From positions 35,650,001-35,714,000 of the forward strand of contig OX597822.1 of NCBI GenBank assembly GCA_951406725.2: 64,000 bases of DNA, written 5' to 3'. Below the pieces are notes generated by a model. That model did no database searches. It was given only the letters and a program-made list of their open reading frames with translations, and had not been told where the DNA came from. A program made the position numbers and the translations under genes. How positions within the stretch are numbered: position 1 is the stretch's first letter; every line of letters starts with the position of its first letter. Source of the stretch: Octopus vulgaris (Eukaryota). Below, in pieces: positions 38,306-49,942 of the stretch.

Positions 38306-39140
38306 CAGTGGACAACTGTTATATATATATAACTGTTATATATATATATATACTGTTATATATATATATATATATATATAACTGTTATATATATATATAA
38401 CAGTGGACAACAACATAAGCTAGGCTACACATATAAGCAGCAAAGTTGACATGGCCCGCAGAATGTGTTCCTGGATTCTCAGAACCTTCCAGTCGAGAGA
38501 TTCCCACGCTATTATCCTTCTCTTCTCCACTTTTGCCCGACCCCACCTTGAATACTGCTGTCCACTGTGGTCTCCCTACACAAAACAAAATATTATGAGA
38601 ATTGAAGCTCCCCAAAGGTCAATCACAAAAAAGATAGATGGCATGTCAGACCTTGACTACTGGGGTAGACTAGAGAAGCTGAAATTGTATTCACTCCAAC
38701 GACGCCGTGAACGCTACATTATCTGTATGATGTGGAAAATATTCCATCAGCACTGTCCGAATGATGTTGGCATCACCTTCAAAATGCATCCAAAGCTTGG
38801 ACCACGTGTTATCCGTCCACAACAAAAATCTAAATCGCATCACATAACGACAATACGGCACAACTATTTCACCTCAATTGGACCCGCTCTCTTCAACATT
38901 ACACCAGGACACGTCAAAAAAGAAACTGACCACACAAAATTCAAGAAGTCTTTGGACAAATTCCTTCAAACAGTACCGGACAAACCACCCACACCCGGAT
39001 ATGTCTCCGCAAACAATAACTCTCTGCTCGAATGGGCCTTGGTGCCCAAATCCTGAACTGAAAGACTTCGCCAGGTGGTGCTATTAAGTTAGACATGGCC
39101 TGGGCCAATACTGGCCAAAACCTTTCTAAGTTATTCTAAG

Positions 39141-39198
<58 letters not shown>

Positions 39199-39455
39199 AT
39201 TATGTATGTATATATGCGCGTGTGTGCGTGTGTGTATATGTATGCATGTCTGTTTTTGAATTTGTTTATGCCATCCCACTGCTTGAAAACTGGTGTTGGT
39301 TTATTTATGTCCACGTAACTTAGCGGCTCGGCAAAGCAGACCGATGGAATAAGTACCGGGCTTTAATAAATAAGTACTAGGATTAGTTTGTTCGACTAAA
39401 CCCTCCAACGTGCTGCTCCAGCATGGACGCAAGCTAATGACTGAAACAAGTAGAA
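38125..39455 (+). mobile_element. Family B SINE split by a LINE insertion in its microsatellite
   Basis: Head at 38125-38275, tail at 39260-39455, CR1 fragment in between. Confidence 0.7.
38398..39142 (+). mobile_element. 5'-truncated CR1-group LINE (ORF2 C-terminus, ORF 38451-39056, plus 3' UTR)
   Basis: RPHLEYCCPLWSPY...QRSITK...YWGRLEKLKLYSLQRRRERY...FKKSLDKFL; short tandem tail TTCTAAGTT ATTCTAAGTT. Confidence 0.92.
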
Positions 39456-39624
39456 AGGAATGGACAAAAGAGAAGTAGGGAGAGTGGAGAGCTTGTAAGA
39501 CCAGATGAAGTCGTGGTGTGTAAAGGAATCACAGAACAGAAGGACTGTTTGAGGTACGAGAGGACGTGAGAAAGGGAATGCAACTAAGAAATATATTATG
39601 AAGGCAGAAAAGAGCATATATATA

Positions 39625-39689
<65 letters not shown>

Positions 39690-39693
<4 letters not shown>

Positions 39694-40065
39694 TAATCAA
39701 TATAGGGTAGCAAAAAATTCAGCAGAAATTATTTTGCTACCAGCGGTCTAGTGAGAAAAAGGAAATAGTCAGAGACTATTTATAAATTCAACAGCAAATT
39801 AAGGAACGGCCATAATAGGCCGTTCAACCCACTAGAAATAACAGCCAAGGCTTCAACCGCAAAATAGTAGTAATTCCGTAAATCAGGAGAAAATTTTAAA
39901 AAATTTTAAAAATTAAAAAAATCAGGAGAAAATTTTAAAAAATTTTTTTTAATGTTTTTTTTATTTTCTCCTGATTTACGGAATTACTACTATTTTGCAG
40001 TTGAAGCCTTGGCTGTTATTTCTAGTGGGTTGAACGGCCTATTATGGCCGTTCCTTAATTTGCTG
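39690..40065 (-). mobile_element. (TA)n-flanked asymmetric fold-back element
   Basis: Arms at 39792-39892 and 39965-40065; unpaired terminal segment at 39690-39791. Confidence 0.8.
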
Positions 40066-40117
<52 letters not shown>

Positions 40118-40119
<2 letters not shown>

Positions 40120-40560
40120 AGAGTAGAGACGGTGAATGCAATTGTCTTCTCAATAGCAACATATGGATGCGAGACCTGGACACTAAAGAAAGCTGACCAG
40201 AAGAGAATTAAGGCATTCGAGCTTTGGTGTTGGAGAAGACTTTTACGGATTCCATGGACAGCGAGGCTCACCAATGGAGAAGTTCTTAAGCAGATCAGGC
40301 CGAAACTGTCGCTGGAGGCTAGGATCACCAAGCATAGATTGGTATATTTCGGTCATACTATGCGGAGAAAATCCCTGGAGAAGGACATCGTGCTCGGAAT
40401 GGTCAGTGGCAAGAGAGGAAGAGGCCAACAAAGAACCCGCTGGCTTGACACCATCAAGAGTCATACCGGAATGGACATAGCCAATCTGAAAGAAGCAGCC
40501 CAGGATAGAACTGACTAGAGGACACTGATTCACCGAGAGTCGACTTCGACTGAGCGGATA
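40118..40560 (+). mobile_element. RTE-clade LINE 3' fragment
   Basis: YGCETWTLKKADQKRIKAFELWCWRRLLRIPWTAR...YFGHTMRR..LEKDIVLG.VSGKRGRG...RWLDTI. Confidence 0.93.
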
Positions 40561-40574
40561 GATAGATATATCAC

Positions 40575-40852
40575 CACACCACACACCACACCACATCACT
40601 ATCTGCGGTACTGAACTGAAATCAACACAACAGTTCACATACCTGGACTGCATCATCTCATCCGATGCAAAGATCGACAAGGAAATTGACAATAGACTCT
40701 CTAAGGCAAATAGCTCCTTTGGCAGATTGTTCAAACATGTTTGACACAATAATAATCTGAAGAACAAGAGAAGAATCAGCGTCTACAAATCCGTAGTTCT
40801 CGCTACTCTTCTCTACGGCTCGGAGACCTGGGCCACCTACCGTAGTCACATC
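40575..40852 (+). mobile_element. Second RTE-clade LINE RT/thumb fragment
   Basis: Hand translation: FTYLDCIISSDAKIDKEIDNRLSKANSSFGRL...VYKSVVLATLLYGSETW. Confidence 0.9.
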
Positions 40853-41271
40853 CTGTGAAAATTCTTATTCTAATCGCAAATGAGAAACATATTGTAAAGG
40901 CAGGAAAGGTCTACATTTTGAATTGATGTAATGTTTGCATTGTTCAATTAAATGGAGTCGCATGAAACGATCGTACTGCATTACCTCTGGATATCCTAGT
41001 TGTTTATTTTGATTATATATATATATATAATTAAATTTAATCAAAGGACATACTAAGTATGTCTGCCTACTGGAAATAACAGTCAAAACTCTTAGTAAGT
41101 CCTTTGATTAATTTTAATTTTAACCCCTCAACTATTTGATGATTTTCTTGGGCCCGTGATTGCCTATATTATTAATTCTGCTATTATAGTCATTCCAGAT
41201 GATAAAATTAATAATATCTTGACAAATCAATTTTCGAGAATTTATATTTTTACTCGCGAATTCTTTGTCCT

Positions 41272-41318
<47 letters not shown>

Positions 41319-41543
41319 ATAAGATCTTTAATTTAAATATCGATCTTATCAAGTGGCCAGCATGGGAATAAAAACCTTCAATGGTAATAACTATTATTAA
41401 AATTATAATTTAGGGTATCTAATAGATACTTCCACGCTGGAAATAGCAGCCAAAACTTGACTCTAAAGTCACATTAAAGGTTCATACAGCACCAGGAGAG
41501 AAGACAAAAAGACAAAATAAACTAGCAAAAAAAATACTGGATA

Positions 41544-41602
41544 ATTCCAGATCCCAGATTTCTGAGTTTTGCATAAGAAATGCTTTGCCTCATCAGTGGA
41601 AT
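41544..41602 (-). ncRNA. Type I HHR motif with an intact core and weakened stem II
   Basis: Minus strand: ATTCCA-CTGATGA-[..GCAT(TTCTT)ATGC..]-GAAA-TCTGGGA-TC-TGGAAT. Confidence 0.65.
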
Positions 41603-41901
41603 ATACACAGATATCTGTGTATATTCCACTTATTATAATTTCATATATATATATATATCGTTTATGCGTGTGTGTTTATGGGCGTATGTATGAATGTATA
41701 TGCATATGAACACACATACACACTCTCTTACACACACACACACACACACATATGTATGTATTATAATCCATATCTCATATATGTGTGTAATTGGAATAGA
41801 TTAAGCGATTAAAAGAAGTTTGAATAAATACGAAAATGTATTTATATTTATACAAATATAAATACATTTATCACGTGTGCGTTTGTGTATTTACATAAAT
41901 A

Positions 41902-42749
41902 TTGGGCCATCCCATAAATAATGTGGGTTTTTTTAATTGTGTGAACTAAAACTCGGAGTGGGGCGGGATAAACTACCTGCATCAACTTGCTATAAAAGCA
42001 GGTAGTAATTTTAAGTTTTAAAGAGTGCAGTTCGATTTTAGCAGTTATTTTTTCAAAGCTATAAGGGAAGTGGCAAAGGTGCATATTCGGCATATTTTGA
42101 TCTATGAGTTCGATAAAGTTAACAACGTAACCGAAAGTGCGAGGAATATTAATGCAGTATATAGGGATCGGACAGCCTAGAAGACGAGCCTCGTCCTGGA
42201 AAATCTGTAGAGCTCGGCGAGGACGTCCTGCAAGCCCTGGTGGAACAAAATCCCATCGCAACTGTTGAGGAACTAGCAGAGAAGCTTGGATTTGGTCTTT
42301 CAACAAGTCATTCAAGTCAGCAGTAGAAGAAAAACGACCATCTTTGGTTTGAAGACGAAAGGTGTTCTTCTATCAGGATAATCCTCGGCCACATACAGTC
42401 AGGTTGACATTCCAAAGGCTGGAGTAATTTGAATGGGGAACGATGCTCCACCCATTATATTCGCCGGACATTGCCCCATCTGATTATCATTTATTCTGCA
42501 GTCTTCAAAATCATTTGAACGGGAAAAAAATATGAATTCTGTAGACGAGGTCAGAACAGTACTGGTGGAAATTTTTTCGTTACGGAAAAGTGAATTTTGG
42601 AAGAGGGGCCTTACAAGTTTAACAGATATATGGAAGAGCATTGTAGAAAATGAAGGAGAGTATATTTTAGATGATTAAAAATGACTTTGTTTATCTTAAT
42701 TTTGAAAAATAAAAGTATAGAAAACCGCATTATTTATGGGATGACCCAA
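41902..42749 (+). mobile_element. Internally deleted mariner
   Basis: TIRs TTGGGCCATCCCATAAATAATG / CATTATTTATGGGATGACCCAA with TA flanks; remnants LEDEPRPG, QDNPRPH, YSPDIAPSDYHLF. Confidence 0.92.
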
Positions 42750-42764
42750 TACATTTATTATACA

Positions 42765-42800
<36 letters not shown>

Positions 42801-42986
42801 TATATATAAAAAAATTTAAAGAAGACAAAAATGGAGAAGTATCGATGAACAACAATTGACCTACATCAGCTTTGATCTATGAGTTCAATGAATACTTCTA
42901 GCCCTCAGACGGTTATTTTAACCTCTAACTCAGCTAACATATATATATATGTGTGTGTGTACGTATGTATATGTATGTATGTATGT

Positions 42987-42987
<1 letters not shown>

Positions 42988-43077
<90 letters not shown>

Positions 43078-43090
43078 TAGATATAGATAT
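42988..43090. repeat. (GATA)n microsatellite
   Basis: Read directly; another at 46861-46935. Confidence 0.95.
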
Positions 43091-43621
43091 AAAGCATAAA
43101 CACACAACACACACATATACATAGGGAGGTCGAGAAAGAGTTCCAATTAAAATGAATAAAAGCAACCCAAGCCACCATTGTTGAGAAGCATCGCCTAGAT
43201 ATTCCGAAGTCAGAGGTTAATATTTCCATTCTTATTTTACAGCCTAACTAGAAGCCATTAATTGTATTGTTGTACTGAAACAACCCCCACGAGAAATTAG
43301 ACTGACCAATGCTAGGCATCTACATAACAGAAAAAAATCTTAAAATACATTATGATAACACAAAAAGGAAAATATATTTCAACAAAGCGAAACATATTGA
43401 AGACAAGAATAGCAACAACAAAAATAAATTTGCACATGTTTTGTATTTTATCAAATGAAAATGTAGCCAGCAAAAACAAGGCGCGATCCTTCGGTAGTGT
43501 TCTTTCCAACAAGAAAACCCTAGGTATGAAACCTGTTACTAAAAGAACAGAAGCTTGACCAAAACGAGGACCAGCCTTTCACGGTTTATTAGAGTTGAGC
43601 GAGAGGCAGATAATAACATAC

Positions 43622-44172
43622 CTATTTCTTTATTGCCCACAAGGGGCTAAACACAGAGGGGACAAACAAGGACAGACATAGGTATTAAGTCGATTACATC
43701 GACCCCAGTGCGTAACTGGTACTTAATTTATCGACCCCGAAAGGATGAAAGGCAAAGTCGACCTCGGCGGAATTTAAACTCACAACGTAACGCAGATGAA
43801 ATACCGCTAAGCATTTCGCCCGGCGTGCTAGCGTTTCTGCCAGCTCGCCGCCGATGGCAGAAAATAACATACCTTTGTCTTGCCATAACAGCATCAGCGG
43901 CGAGCTGGTAGAAACGTTAACGCGCCGGGAGAAATGCTTAACGGTATTTCGTCTGCGTTACGTTGTGAGTTCAAATTCCGCCGCGGTCGACTTTGCCTTT
44001 CATCCTTTCGGGGTCGATAAATTAAGTACCAGTTACGCACTGGGGTCGATGTAATCGACTTAATACCTATGTCTGTCCTTATTTGTCCCCTCTCTGTTTA
44101 GCCCCATGTGGGTAATAAAGAAATAGAAATAGGTATTTCGTCTGCCGCTACGTTCTGAGTTCAAATTCCGCC
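43622..44172. mobile_element. Two family A SINEs head-to-head (43622-43852 minus, 43897-44172 plus)
   Basis: Consensus matches; ATAACATACCT is duplicated around the minus copy. Confidence 0.9.
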
Positions 44173-44440
44173 AGAACTTTTTCTAAAACTACTTTAAACT
44201 AGGGATAAAGTAAAAATGTAAAATTCAATGGGTTTTTTTTTTTCAAAAGATGTATTAGTCTTCAGTAATATGCAGCTTTTAGTTTCACCGTAATTGGATC
44301 ATTAGGTCAGAGTTCTAATCCTTTTTATGCTTTGATTATAATCAACCAATTTCAATGAAACTATTAGTTACAATATGACAGAATATAATCCAGCTTTTAA
44401 AACACACGCGCGCGCACACACATACACACATACATACTTT

Positions 44441-44464
<24 letters not shown>

Positions 44465-44472
<8 letters not shown>

Positions 44473-44839
44473 AACGGCAGTTTGTCTGTGCGTGTTTCTG
44501 CGTGTCTGTTTGCTTGTACCCTCACCCTGACCACGGCTTTCAACCGATTCTGATGAAACTTGACACACACATAGCCCAATGTCATAATTCAAAACTAACG
44601 CAGCGAAAATTTTGAAAAGTTCCCCCAGTTCTGAAAAAAATCGATAAATTCAACATGGGGTCGAGAATCAGAAACACAAACCGCAAACTGTCTAGGGGAC
44701 GCAACTCCACCTTTTTACTCTCAAAAAAAATTTACCATCATTTTTTTCCATTTTTTGGCTATTTTTTGGCTATAACTCTCTAAAAATGCTTTATAGTTAT
44801 TTCCCTTACAAACCTGAGCAACGCCGGGCGATACTGCTA

Positions 44840-44840
<1 letters not shown>
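44465..44840 (+). mobile_element. Non-autonomous Helitron
   Basis: Ends CCTGAGCAACGCCGGGCGATACTGCTAG|T; homologous to 26995-27374. Confidence 0.75.
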
Positions 44841-44875
<35 letters not shown>

Positions 44876-45023
44876 ATGTATATGTATTCCAATATTTCCC
44901 TTAAGCATAGCGAGACAAATAACTGGTGTCATCTCTTTTTTCTTATCCCCACTCTATACTCATCTAACATTGTGTATGTGTACGTATATGTGTGTATGTG
45001 TCTGTGTGCTTATATGTGTGTGT

Positions 45024-45081
<58 letters not shown>

Positions 45082-45190
45082 ATGTATGTATGTATGTATG
45101 TATGTATGTATGTATGTATGTATATGCATACGTATATATATATATAGTTGAAAAAAAAAAGATTTGAGATCAATACAAATCAAATTTGTA

Positions 45191-45577
45191 TATATAAAGG
45201 ATGGAGTTGGAAATAGCACACAAGTAAGTCTAAGATATTTCAATTCAAGAAGGAGTTTAATAAAAAGGATTTTAAAAAGTTATTTTTAAAAATCATACAA
45301 AGAAGATATTACCAGTTTCGATGAATCTCGTCTTATCAGAAAAATGTCTGGGGGTGAAGAACATGATCTTGACCCTCAGGCAGAAGATAAACTGGTGTTA
45401 CTTCAAATTTTTGTAAATTTTTACTGATATTTGATAAGATGAGATTCATCGAAAACGGCAATATCTTCTTTATATGTTTTTGAAATAATTTTTTAAATCA
45501 TTTTTATTAAATTCCTTCTTGAATTGAAATGTCTTAGACTTACTTCTGTGCTAATTCTACCTCAATCCTTTATATAT
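45191..45577. mobile_element. Fold-back element with an HHR-like motif in both arms
   Basis: Arms at 45191-45338 and 45432-45577; GATAT-TTGATAA-GATGA(GAT)TCATC-GAAA-ACGG-CA-ATATC at 45426-45465. Confidence 0.75.
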
Positions 45578-45619
45578 GTATGTATATATATATATATAAT
45601 ATATTACATATGCATATAC

Positions 45620-45706
<87 letters not shown>

Positions 45707-45711
<5 letters not shown>

Positions 45712-46485
45712 TATATAGGTACAGAACGTCACCAACGGTGCAAATAACATAATATACGTAAACAAAAGAGGGGAAAAACGAGTGAATTACGTAAACAACG
45801 AGAAAAATGGAAAGCAGGAAAAGTAAACACAGAGGAAGGACCCTTCATCAGTTGTTGGCTGTCTATCTACTCCTCATTTCGAGCATTCAACGATAATGTG
45901 AGTCTTCAAAGACAGTTGCTCCCATAAATTCTAAAATAAAATTTAGGATTTATGGAGGGTCAAAGTTGGGAGCAAAAACAGGATAGTGGAGACATACAAG
46001 GAAACCGAACGAAAACTAACATGGAGGGTCGTTAGACCAGAACGAGAGGAAATAGTGAACGCTGGGAGAAACATCTTTCTCTTTCTCTCTTCTATCTTTT
46101 CTCTTGTCAAAAAAAATGTTTCTCCCAGCGTTCACTATTTTCCTCTCGTTCTGATCTAACGATCCTCCATGTTTGCTTTCGTTCGGTTTCCTTGTATGTC
46201 TCCAGTAATTTTTTTTTTTGTTTCCAACTTTGACCCTCCATAAATCCAAAATTTTATTTTAGAATTTATGGGAGCAACTGTCTTTGAAGATTCATATTGT
46301 CGTTGAATACTCGAAATGAGGAGTAGATAGACAGCCGACAACTGATGAAGGGTCCTTTCTCTGTGTTAACTTGTCCTCTTTTTCCTTTTTTTCTCGTTGT
46401 TTACGTAATTCACTTGTTTGCCCTAGTTTGTTTATGTATTTCATGTTATTTGCACTGTTGGTGACGCCCTGTACCCATATATGCA
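45707..46485. mobile_element. ~780-bp fold-back element between (TA)n tracts
   Basis: Arms at ~45707-46073 and ~46116-46485 with a pyrimidine-rich loop; related to 15630-15930 and 20590-20956. Confidence 0.9.
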
Positions 46486-46544
<59 letters not shown>

Positions 46545-46861
46545 AAATATTAGGGAATAAATCCAAACTTACAGGGAAAAATCAGATTTAGGTTTAAATC
46601 CAATTTTATAGTATAAATATATTATATTATATTATATTAAATTAGAGATAAAACCACTATTAGGCAAATCAAACAATGAAAAACATAAGCCAATACATAA
46701 AATTAATTTAATTTTATTATTTTAAATATATATCAAAAGTATTAAAAGTTTAATGTTTTTATTATAACATAAAAATAAACATTAGTGTGTGTGTATGCGT
46801 ATATATATATATATATAATATTATTTATTATTTAATTGGATGTGACGCATCTATTTCCAAG

Positions 46862-46935
<74 letters not shown>

Positions 46936-47641
46936 TTGTCAAAGCGTCTTATTCAATTTTCAATTATATTATTATCCTCTTAGTTGTAAGTTGTAAGTAA
47001 TTATGCACAGATAAAGTGCATAATTCCATATCCCCTCTAATGACAGACAATTTTAAAAGCTAAATTATATTTATATACATCAAACGCCTATCACGAAAAT
47101 TATCTACCGAATTAAGACATAATGATTAATATCTTGCATTAGAAAACATCTGCCTATTCCACTCACTCATCAACTCTTCCTCATTAGCCAATTATCAAAC
47201 TTTTTTCTCTTTACAGTGACTTTGCATAAAAGTACAATAAATATTTCTCTCGTGAATTTATAGAGAAATTACTTAACTAATCATTTCGTACAGTTCTTAG
47301 CAGTTTCTTAATACTTAAATATCATATGTAATACTTGAATATCACATGTAAAACTTAAATATCATATGTGATACGATGAAATATCTCTGTCCTATTTTTC
47401 TTTTGCATTATAGGTGCACACAGGTGTGTAGTTAAGAAGCTTTCTTGGCAACTACGTGGTTTGGTCGGGTGGTAGTTGAGTCTCACTGCTCGGTACCCTT
47501 GGACAAGTGTCCTCTAATATAGCTCCGGGGACGACCAATGCCTTGTAAGTAAATTTGGTAGGCGGAAATTTGATACACACATACACACATATATATACAC
47601 AAACAACATATATATGCAAACTTGTATATATGTGTGTATAC

Positions 47642-47700
<59 letters not shown>

Positions 47701-47774
47701 TATAGTTGAAATTTGCAGAAAAACAAAAGACGAAAACAGGTGTATTAGTTTGACGCTCGGGAAGGTGAGAAAGT

Positions 47775-47809
47775 CTTTACGTTTCGAGCCGACGCATTTC
47801 AGCAGAAAG
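47775..47809 (-). ncRNA. Decayed minimal HHR-like motif
   Basis: CTTT-CTGCTGA-A-ATGC(GTCG)GCTC-GAAA-CG-TA-AAG; same family as 19085-19120. Confidence 0.5.
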
Positions 47810-48298
47810 GAACACGATGAAATAAACAGATAGAGAATAAAAAGAGAGAGAATATTAAATTTAAATTCAGATGAATATGGTACTTAAATTCACTCTTTGA
47901 CAGTCAAAGAGTGAATTTGCTACTATCATGTAATACTTACAGTGTTTAATAAAATGAAGTAGCATGAAACAATTGTACTGCTCTACCTCGGATATACTTG
48001 TTGCTTATTTTGAGTATATATATATATATATTATTCTTTAACAAGAATAGTACTGACAGTGACTTCGAAGTAAGCCATCATCATCCAATGATGACTGATG
48101 TCACAGTCAATATTATTCTTGGGAATGAATAATAAATTTGTACTCTACCAAAAGGTGTTGAGTAATCCTTCCATTTAATGTAAAATTGTTTTTATTATAA
48201 CATAAAAATAAACATTAGTATGTGTGTGTGTGTGTGTGTGTGTATATGTATGATTGATTCTAGTTTCAGCTCATGAGCTGTGGCCATGCTGGGGCACC

Positions 48299-48330
<32 letters not shown>

Positions 48331-49299
48331 ATAAATATATATATACCAGGCTTTAAAAATACATGAATACTAGTGTCGATTTGTTCGATTAAATCCTTCA
48401 ACGTGGTGCCCCAGCATGGCTGCAGTCTAATGACTGAAAGATGAAAATCTTTCCGTTTTAGAACGACTTGTGTGGACATGAGCGTGGGTGTATGTATGAG
48501 TGTTTGACAAGGTATGTACGTGTTGGAATTGTCTGTTGGCACTCATATAAAGTGTTACAGGTAGATAAGCTTTCTGGTTAGACAGCAATGTACTCCAGTC
48601 GGGGCTCTAATAGAAGAACCGCCTCCACTACTTAAGAACGGCAAAGTTATCCTAAGCGGGGTTTGAATTCAGAATGCAAACAGTCGGAAAAATAGCTCGA
48701 AGCATTTTATCTGATTTTGCGAAATCACCAAATATATTCTATATAATTGAGAAGTTACTATAATTTGTATGAATTGCCATCTTAAGAAAAGCAAATGTTA
48801 GACAATTCTTTATTCAGTGTTCACTCAAAATACTCACTCAAAATACTGAGTCACGTTTAAGCGTATGTTCCGAGATAGTTTTTAAGACCAGATGCTGAAT
48901 TTTTAAGATCTAGAGCAAACATGGCAGGCAAAAATCAGCACCTCTGCAGAAGAATTTCGTGTGTCTGTGGAATGACATTGCTATGCATAAATCTTCGCAG
49001 TCAAGGATTGTTTGGGGTTTACCAATTTTCCTGCTCACAACACAAATATTATATTACGAAGGAGAAAGTACAATATTGGTATGAAAAAACAATTTCTGTA
49101 AGAATGTGAGAGATTTCATGTGATAAATATAGCTTACTTTCGAGAAAAAAAATCGTGCAGGTATCGCACTTTCAACTCTAGATTATAGGCAGGTGTTGTA
49201 TGGGATATTAACGTATGGAAAATTTTACGCATGTTAATATACCATATGTATAATATGTGAAACTATTGCACAGAAACAATTATGGAGATTTGGTTGTAT

Positions 49300-49427
49300 A
49301 TTTGTATGTATGTATGTATGTATGTATGTATGTATGTATGTATGTATGTATTATGTATGTATGTATGTATGTATGTATGTATGTATGTATGTATGTATGT
49401 ATGTATGTATGTATGTACGTATGTATG

Positions 49428-49458
<31 letters not shown>

Positions 49459-49942
49459 TATGTATGTATGTATTATGTATGTATTTATGTATGTACGTAT
49501 GTATGTATGTATGTATGTATGTATGTATGTATGTATGTATGTACGTACGTATGTATGTATGTATGCATGTATGTATTATGTATGTATGTATGTATTATGT
49601 ATGTATGTATGTATTATGTATGTATGTATGTATTATGTATGTATTTATGTATGTACGTATGTATGTATGTATGTACGTATGTATGTATGTATGTAAGAAT
49701 GTATGTATGTATGTATGTATGTATGTATGTATTATGTATGTATGTATGTATTATGTATGTATTTATGTATGTACGTATGTATGTATGTATGTATGTATGT
49801 ATGTATGTATGTATGTATGTATGTATGTATTATGTATGTATGTATGTATTATGTATGTGTATGTATGTATTATGTATGTATGTATGTATGTATGTATGTA
49901 TGTATGTATGTATGTATGTATGTATGTATGTATGTATGTATG
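49300..49942. repeat. Long (TATG)n array with variant units
   Basis: Read directly; second version at ~61460-62090. Confidence 0.97.

Noticed and set aside
38451-39056. 201-aa ORF as a host gene
   Set aside because: C-terminus of a 5'-truncated CR1-group ORF2 lacking the RT core
47886-47918. 16-bp-arm palindrome AAATTCACTCTTTGAC-A-GTCAAAGAGTGAATTT
   Set aside because: Real, but too short to assign; a bacterial-style terminator or operator is implausible here, and it may be another inversion scar
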